Notes under the pieces: model-generated
The model's input: only the letters and a program-made list of their open reading frames with translations
Database searches by the model: none
Told to the model about the DNA's origin: nothing
Program-made: the position numbers and the translations under genes
Part shown: positions 1 to 8,900 of the stretch, one piece after another
How positions within the stretch are numbered: position 1 is the stretch's first letter
Layout of the letters: the number at the start of each line of letters is the position of its first letter
DNA from: Monocercomonoides exilis PA203
Lineage: Eukaryota; Protista; Preaxostyla
Reading direction: 5' to 3'
Assembly (NCBI GenBank): GCA_001643675.2
Contig: LSRY02000034.1
Coordinates: forward strand, 248,001 to 312,000
DNA: 64,000 nucleotides

Positions 1-380
1 CAACAGACTCCATGTGCCACCATCGAGTATGCCCTCACTGGCTTCATTTCCCTCCTCCAAGACTCCACACTCCCTCTCCTTACCTCAATATTTGTTCCCA
101 TTCAAACACTCACTTACAGCGCAGCTGATACAAAAATCACAGGAAATGATGAACTTAATCTGTTTTCATCGAAATTTCTTCCATTTTCCATGTCAGAAAA
201 ATTCATGAACTTTCACAGCTTTTTCAACTGAAGCGTATATCATCATTTATTTTTCTGAACACTTGACTTCCACTCAAAAACTAATATTTCTTTAATTATT
301 CCCTTTCTGATTTTATTTCTTCATTTTATGATCAAAATTCTCTTTTCTCAAAGAAATCATCTGTTTCTTCTCTTCAATTA

Positions 381-1377
381 GTGTGGTTTTTTTATCCGGA
401 CATTTTTTTTATCCGAACATTTTTTTTCATTGGCGTTTCTCATTAAATAAAAACTGAAAATAGAAAAAGCATATTGAACCAGGTTTGAATACATATTAAA
501 TGTCCATACAAAAAATTTTTCTTGTTAATTGTTGTTTTTGATGAAGATCTTGGGAATTTTTAATTTATTTTTGATCATTTGTTTTGTCAATTTCACACTT
601 TCTTTCTTTCTTTGTTTATTTTTAACTATAAGGCGATGAAACACACACAATGAAGTTTTATTATTGCAAATGTTATTTGTCTTTAACTATTTTTTCGATT
701 GTTTTTCGCATTTCATCATTTTTATGAAAATTTTTGAAAACAGAAAATAAAGAGAGACACAATGTTTATTTTATGTTTCATGTGATGTGCATGAAAAGAA
801 GACAACTTGTATTGTGTATTAACCATGCTAAAAATTTGTGAAATGTTGTTAATTTCACAACATAAAAAAATTATTGATAAAAACAAATATGCTCATTTCG
901 TTTTTTGCTTCATTTAACATGACATATAAATTTGTATATTTAAACATTTTTATCTAATTTTCATGATGCTTTGGTTAACAAAAAATAATATGAAATATAT
1001 TTTTTGGAAATTACAGTTTTTCAAAAATTTTCATATAAATGATGAAATGCGAAAAACAATCGAAAAAATAGTTAAAGACAAATAACATTTGCAATAATAA
1101 AACTTCATTGTGTGTGTTTCATCGCCTTATAGTTAAAAATAAACAAAGAAAGAAAGAAAGTGTGAAATTGACAAAACAAATGATCAAAAATAAATTAAAA
1201 ATTCCCAAGATCTTCATCAAAAACAACAATTAACAAGAAAAATTTTTTGTATGGACATTTAATATGTATTCAAACCTGGTTCAATATGCTTTTTCTATTT
1301 TCAGTTTTTATTTAATGAGAAACGCCAATGAAAAAAAATGTTCGGATAAAAAAAATGTCCGGATAAAAAAACCACCC
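381..1377. mobile_element. Non-autonomous foldback/MITE-type DNA transposon with ~360-bp terminal inverted repeats and TA target duplication
   Basis: 381-~741 is the near-perfect reverse complement of ~1016-1377 (gtgtggtttttttatccggaca... / ...tgtccggataaaaaaaccaccc). It is flanked by TA at 379-380 and 1378-1379. There is no ORF. A TA duplication is typical of Tc1/mariner/pogo. Confidence 0.85.
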
Positions 1378-4300
1378 TATATCAGAAATTTCTTCAAAAA
1401 CATTTATTTTTTCACTTTCCGATTTTAACATGATTGCATCCAATTCGTGCTTGCATCTCAAATGACTTCCCTTCAAATATGGCTTTTCCCAAAAATCGCT
1501 TTATCAAATTGTTTCATTTTCCGCGACTAGTCGAAGGTTTGTGGAATTGTTAAATCTGAAAATGTCCATTCTGATCCTAACTAAGTATCTCTTTATGCCT
1601 TTTTGTTTATAATTTCTGTGAATTCCTTCAGATTCCAAAAAAAAGGCAAAATCATCCTCTTTTTTTGATTTCGCACAGATTGATCGGCTTTCTACGACTC
1701 AAAATCACCCCATTGTAATTTTATTTAGGCTGTTTTTTTATGAAAGAATGAATATTCATTTTGAATCTCTTAATTGATGCTGAAGGCAAAATCTACTGTT
1801 GGATCTGAGGGATGTTGAATGAAATAAATAATCAACATCATTTCTGTGATTCATTGAGGAAGCCGAAGAAGAATGCGATTTGAATCAGATGAAATGAATA
1901 TGTCTTGATGGCATTATTTTCATCATCAGAATAATTAATGTAAAATGAAATGAATGTGTGTTTGGTGAATAGATGTTGAGAGGAAGATATGTGAATAAAA
2001 TAATTTTCGGTTCAATTTGGTGGAGTTGCTAATTGAAATGCACAAATACGTGGGAAGGTCAATTGTCTGATCAGAAGGAAGTGAAAGGATTGCAATAAAT
2101 ATGAAGAAGAAGTTGAGAGGAAGATTTTAACGATATTAAAGATGGCACAGTTAGTGCGAAAGAACAAGACACTGAAGCTGAGAGGAAGGAAAAGAAGAAG
2201 GTGAATAGGAAAGCCAAAAGGAATAGGATGAAAATGAAGATTGTTGAGATGAAATTAAAGAAAATTCGAAATAGAATAGAGAAGTTGATGTTGAAAATGA
2301 AGAAATAACATTGACTAAATCTTTTTCCACCCGTATGTGCTTTTATTATCATCTTCCACAGTTTTTTCCCATTTTTTCTTCTACCTTCTTTTTTCTTTTC
2401 TCCCTCTTCTTCTCCTTCATTCTCAACCAATACCCTCATCATCACCATAATCCATTTTAACTATTCCACTCAACTGACCTTTCTGATCATCTCTTTTTCT
2501 TCCATCGCGATGGCTGCATCAACACAAGGCAGACATTTCATGCAGTGTGTTTCGACAATGATAATCTTCCCTTTTCAGCAGCTGGTTGATGAACTTTGCA
2601 ACAAGTGCTTGTGTAACATTGCTCATTTAGCACTCGCCAAAATATCATCCAGCACAAACACCCTCTTCCTCATCCAACAAAATGGATTGAGTTTCTTCAA
2701 AGTTGTCCTCATTCTTCACCATTTCCTGATTGGTTATTTCTTCATTCACTTCACTTCTGCTTCTTCTTCGTCTTCATCTTCATCTTTTTCTTTGTTTTCA
2801 TCCATGTTGGGAAGAATAGTAAAAATCTTGTTCCAGGCAACATGATTGAAAGAAGATGGAGTGTGGAAGAGGATGCTGGATTTGATGGTATTGTTGAAGA
2901 TAAAGAGAATCTGGAATGGGAAGGAGGGAATAATGGATTTGTGATGAATTGAAGAAGAAGGAAAAAAATAAATCAGAAAAAGAAAAGATGGATTAAATGT
3001 TTATCAGTAACAGAGAAAAAAATGAAAGAATAGAAAACAATAAACATTTCCATATTTTTTTACTTGCACTCCTAAGACGTATTAGCCACATTTCCTCTCA
3101 ACTGACCTTACCATTCCAAACAGATTTCATCTCTTTGAATTAATGCTAGCAGTGCTGACTTTCAAAGAAAACAAGGATGAAAAGGAGAGTGCGCGAATCC
3201 ACTGGTGGAGAGGGAGGAGAGGAAAGGAGAGAGAGAGATGTTGCAGAGGATGTGAAGAGGAAAAGAAATGATGAAGGATGAGTCATCGAGACCATTCAAC
3301 ATGATGAAGGCGAAGCGGAGAATAAGAGGAAGGAGGAAAGACGAGTGTGACAAGAAGAGGCTGATGATACAGCAGCTTCAAAAATTGTCAGCGATGATCT
3401 TAATTTATCTTTCTCTTGTTTTCCCTCACTTTCACTCTTGAAAACTTCTGGACTTTCGAATTCTGTTTTGTTGCTTTTTTCGTATTCTCTTTCCTTTTTG
3501 TTGGTAACATCAAAGCGACTCTATGCAAATGGTGCATTCATCAGGCTTTTCATAATATCAATGCTATTATAATTTTTAATATTGTTTTCTTCTTCATCTT
3601 TCCCTCCTTTTCTACCTCTTCTCCCTCTTCTCCCCTTTTGAATATGCAGATAGTCTCGTTTGCCCGCAGAAGTGTCTCCATTCCATTCATGTCTGCTTTC
3701 TTCAACGAGTGACCGTTGAGAGATGCTCTGAGTGATTCAACGATTCTGATTGAAGGAAACAAGACAAACACTTTCAAAAGGAAGACACTGCCAGAAGCTC
3801 AATAAAATAAACAAGATGAATGTGAGTGCCTTCAAAAGTGATTGCAGGTTGCTTTTGAAACCATCAAAACAACACAAAATGATGATTTTCCAAAAAACGA
3901 AACAAGTGTCCTTGCAGACAAATACACGTCAAGTGGCATCGCTATAAAATGATTAATGTATTGAAATGAATTCATAATACAACATGAGCTTGGTTCTGCA
4001 TGTTGCATTAATCTTCCTTCTCCTTTTCGAATTCTTTCATCTTCGCTCAGCTTCAAAATCTTTTAGAATAGAATCTCTTTCAATGCTTGACTATCACTGT
4101 TGTCCATTGTTGCTTCGAGCAGCTTCTTTGGCATTCGGCTATCATGTTTCCAATCAAAAAAAAAATGTTCATAGTGAAGGCTTAATCCCCTCCATCAATA
4201 CTCCTTCAGCCTGACAACCCACTCAAAAAAGGAACACATTACAAAAGAATCCCAATGATCTATTATTTTTATCAATCATGAAATCTGAAACGTCTTCAAA

Positions 4301-5105
4301 AATCATCAAACACTCTGAAATTGCAGAAAAAGTCATTTCGATGAAGAAATGCTTCCAGATAACTCTTAATGTGAGTGTCGAAAAAGAAAAATAAATGTCT
4401 GAATTTTTATTTGAAGAAGCATTGAAGTGCATATACGATTTGTGAACAACTGCTCTTTTTTGTCTCTTCTTTGAAAAGTTCTTTTCATAGTCTTTTGGCT
4501 TCTTCTTGTTGCTCAGAATGCAGAAATAAAAATTATATTTTTTTTCATTCAACACCAAATATGTGGAATATTTATCATTTCGTTGAAGATTTCAATCGAA
4601 ATTTCATTCACTTCAATGATATGAATGATTGTTGGTCCGATCAGAAAGAAATAAAGTTATTTCGTATTTTGCAAAATCCTTCCAATACTTTGGCTTCTTT
4701 GTAACGCCTGTTAATCATTCATTTTCCTTTAAAAAAAGGAATTGAGTTTGGCCTTTATTTTGTTTTGTCAATTATAAACATGGAAAGTTATTTTTGATGA
4801 TATTTTTTTATTTGAAGTTTTTAAGCATATTGATCTTTTCCATAACAGAAAGAATGGAAATGCTCAAAAAAGATAAATGCAATAATGATGTTCAGGAGTC
4901 TTCCCTTTCAGAGAAATTTTCGAGTTTTCTTTTATTGTTGAATTTTTTTTGATCACATGTTTTATGATTTTTGATGATCATGGAAGAATTGTTCTCTTTG
5001 TTAGAGCATTGCCCAGAAAGCGAGCAGAAACAGAAAATCGAAGAAATGAATGAAATAGTTGATGAAATGAATATGAAAGAATTGATAGAACGCAGTGAGA
5101 CAGGA

Positions 5106-5149
5106 TTTGCTCCTCAATAATGAGTTTGATCTTAAATTATGGGTGGTTT
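5106..5149. repeat. DIRS inverted terminal repeat (3' end of element)
   Basis: tttgctcctcaataatgagtttgatcttaaattatgggtggttt is the reverse complement of 12557-12600 with one mismatch. Confidence 0.95.
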
Positions 5150-5749
5150 GAGTGAAAAACTTCGCCCTACCAAATGACGTGGAAAAAGGGCGAGATGAAA
5201 AAACAAAACAATAGCATTAAAATTTAATAATAATAAAATAAAATAATGCATTGTCCGCTTCACTTCACCACCGACTTCGCCTTTGCCATGGTCTCGAAGA
5301 CCAGAGGGCAGGGGGCATACCCCTCGGAGCTCCCTCCTGCAGGCTGTGCAGGGATCCGGTGAGGCGAAAATTAAAAACGGAGCAGAAAGAAAAACCACTC
5401 TCGCTTTCGCGAGGCGTGGAAAAGAAAACTGCGTGTATTATGCTCTGCCTCCCACTCTTCTGCTGCATCAGCAGAGCAACCCCAATCATCACACACTACA
5501 TATTAAATATTCAATTCTTCTCTGTAAAAACAATAATAGTCTTGTAAAGGAGTAGGATCATGCTTGAACTTTTTATTTGTTTCCACGTTTCTCAAAAAGG
5601 TTCTAGGTGCACATTAATATCTTCGGGCGGTTGATCTTTACCTCTATCCTTTTATATCTCGCCCTTTTTCTCGTCATATTCCTCCAAATATGTTTCTCTC
5701 TTACGCACCCAGCCGCTCTGAGTCTCTCCATCCGCGTTAGTATTATTTC

Positions 5750-5838
5750 GGAGCAAATCCTGTCTCACTGCGTTCTATCAATTCGCAATAAAGCGAATAT
5801 ACGAACGCAAGGAGCAGGTTTGCTCCTCAATAATGAGT
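5750..5838. repeat. DIRS internal complementary region (ICR) encoding the circle junction
   Basis: 5750-5779 is the exact reverse complement of 5084-5113. 5780-5784 is aattc (GAATT on the other strand). 5785-5834 is the exact reverse complement of 12585-12634. Confidence 0.95.
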
Positions 5839-5948
5839 CTTGAAATCCCTCGTTCTCCTCTCTCCTCTGATCTTAAACCCTCATGCCTAGCACCTTGCCG
5901 TGCGGCGGATGACCAGAGGGACTGCGGATGAAGGTGCGGCCTCTATCC

Positions 5949-8900
5949 CTACTCCCTCCCCCTCTTGCGCTGTTTTCGGGGGGTTCTCGATCGGGTCTTC
6001 TGTACCTGAGCGGGCATGACAATTTGTCCTATGCTTCTCTCTCCGCGTTTCCTCCGATCGGTCTCGAGTTTCTTCTGCGAGGCAGGTTGTCTGCCCTCCG
6101 CCAGCTCCATGATGCTGCGGGGAATTATGGAAGGTGTCTCATCACCCCTGGTGGGTTGTGTTATATCGTCCTCATGATGCGAACTCTTCTCTCGAGTCGA
6201 CCCTCGTCTCTTCGAATTCTTTCTCTTGCTCGTCTCCGCTTCTCCCCCAGATTGTGATGTTTCTTCCGGATACTCCTTTGTTTCAGATTCTGTATTCTCA
6301 TTTGAAATTTCTTTTCCTTTGCTGTCCTTCTCCGACTTTCCTCCCTTCTCTGCCAGGGGTACTGGGCCACCGATTGTCTCCAGGATCCATCTCGTGTCCT
6401 GAACCGGTAACACGGTGTAATACTCCTGGGCTACTCTAGAGCCTGGCGCCCATCTCGCGTACGCATTGATTGCTTTCCAATCTGCATCTTGTTGTCTTGC
6501 TAAGTGTGTTATCACAGCGTGTCTTATCGAGTACGCGGTAAATGTGTCGGGTATTCCGTTCTCTCTCAGGACAGCCACTAATTCTTCTTTAATCCTCTGC
6601 AAGTTTGCAGGTTGCCTCCCCCTGAGATCGAACCACACATGTTCGTCTCTAAAGGTTGTCTTTATATAATCCATCCAGCGTTGGAGCGCTACAACCGCAT
6701 CGATACGTGGGTTTGGATGCTTATTTATAATAACCTTAACAGTCTCTCCCCCTGATGTTTTTGTTTGTACTTGTGTCTGGGCTAAATCATCTCTAAGTAT
6801 CGTTGTCCCTCTTCTCATCCTCTCCAGCTCTGCTGGTCTTAACGCACCAAATATCATGGTTAAAAATGAGAGCCCTCCTTTGGAGGGTCTGTGGGTCTTT
6901 CATATCGTGAGTGGCTTCTGCCCATTTCGTGATGATTGTCAAGTCCCACATCGATTTGTATCGTTTGCCTCTTCTTGGTTTCTCCCCCACATAGGTCTTT
7001 AGAAATGTCTCTATGTCTTTCACGTCAACCTTAGTCTCTCTGAAGAGGTTAATAGAATCCAGCACCTTCCGTACTGTCTGATTTATCACTCCACTTGAGA
7101 GGTTTGTATTCGAAAGTGTTTCGATGAACTCTGCCATAATCCATTTAGCATCTTTCGTTGTGAGGGGGTCAGTGTCATCCATGCTCTCTCTATCTAGAAA
7201 TTGCTTGAATCTTCGCAGGGCTCTCCACGTATCTCTCTCACTCTTCTGATTTCTAAGTATTGCTGCTGCTATGTCTTTTGCTCCAACGTGTTCTCCCCAT
7301 GTTAAGAAGAGGTCTCTCCCCTGAATATTCTCTTCTCCAGTATAACGCTTATTACCTCTCCTGGGGGTAATTTCCAGCCTTCCCTTCTCATCTTCGTTCC
7401 CGGTGTCATGCACTCCTGAAAGGTCCCCAGGGTCTTTGTCAAATGCCCAGGCTGCAGTAGCGGGGTCCAGGTCTGCCCCCGCCAGGCTGGCAGAATCAGA
7501 ATCGTCAGATTCCTCTGAGCTTCGTTCATCTTCTCTTTCATCACTCGTCCAATGTTTCTCAGGAACGGGTGGACTAGCACTATGTCGTCTTCTGGTGTTC
7601 CTTCCTCTCTCTTCCTTCTCATGGAGGATAGTCTCCAAGTACTTCCGCAGGGCACCGGCGCAATCTGTTCTGAAATTGTATCTAGTGTTCTCGGTGCGAT
7701 TGACTGTAATATCTCTGCGACTTTCTCCCCCTTCAGTGCATAGTCCGGCTTCTTCGCCATCCGGCTGAGTGCATCTGCTTCCGTGTTCTGCTCTCCCGGG
7801 AGATGTTCCGTCTGTATTGTTAAGTCCAGGCTGTTCAGTTTCTTCTCCAATGCTCTCAGTGTTGGGATGAGCGATGGCGCTCCCCTTTTCTTCTGGATTG
7901 TCCATCTCGTGGACATGTTGTCTGTCTTCAGACGAATATGATCTATCTTCTGTTCTTTCAGCCATGCTCCTTTCCTTTCCAAAGTCCTCAACACTGCTCT
8001 GGACTCCTTCTCGTTTATCGCTAATGCGCTCTCCTGGAGGGTCCAACTCCCGTGGACATATATCTTCTCCTCTTTGTTCTCTGTTGGTATTGTTAATACT
8101 GCACACCATCCCAGCTCCGAAGCGTCCGTTGTTAGCTCTGCTGGTCTGTTCCTTCTCCTCAGACTCCTTGGTCTGTTCTCTCGCAGAGTTTTCCTCCAAT
8201 GTGTTAATTCTCCTAACATCATTGGGTTGGGTATCACTGTCCCGTTCCAGCCTCCGCGGGCTATTGCATGCCTCAGCACGTATTGCATGCGCTTCATCCA
8301 CAAGCTCGCTGGTGGGTGTTGTAACCTCACAAAATTCAGCCTCCCGAGGAGTGCTGCTAAGTCCCTCGTCTTTTGTCTCCTCCTCTTCCTTGCATGTGCT
8401 ATCCACTTTTGCACATCCTTCAGGAGAAGCACTCTCTTCCTTTCTTGGAGCGTCACTTCCATCTTCTCTGAGTTCCACAGCCATCCCAGAAACTCCACGC
8501 CACTTGTGGGTTCCAACTTCAGCTTCTCTTCTGAATGTCTCCAGCCCAGATTTCTCAGGAACTGGGCTATCTCCTGTGAGATCGATCTCAATGCATCCCT
8601 GTCTGGGTGCATGAGGAGGATGTCGTCCAGATATATAACCAGCTTTACCTTCCAATATTCTCTGATATATGACGCTGCCCGTCTCATTATCTTCGTGAAT
8701 ACTCTGGGCGCGTCCTTTGCTCCAAATGGCATCCCCACGTAAGTGTAGCATTGCCTTTGAAAGCTGAAGCACAGAAAGGGACTGAACTGCTCGTCCACTT
8801 TGACATGTTGATAAGCACTCGATATGTCGAGCGTAGTCATCCAATCGTTCTCCTCCAGGAGTTCCACAACTGTCTCCTGGGAATCCATCTTGAAGTGTTT

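Noticed and set aside
1400-4750. Short ORFs as genes
   Set aside because: These are low-complexity, stop-riddled fragments with no recognisable domain, probably decayed gene debris.
5079-5083. GAATT as a conventional integrase-made TSD (LTR element)
   Set aside because: There is no DDE integrase or direct LTRs. The same pentamer is encoded in the ICR junction, so it is better explained as a recombination core.
5255-5948. Hammerhead or HDV-like ribozyme in the DIRS 3' region
   Set aside because: I could not place a CUGANGA...GAAA core or the HDV nested pseudoknot by eye. It is retained only as unclassified structure.
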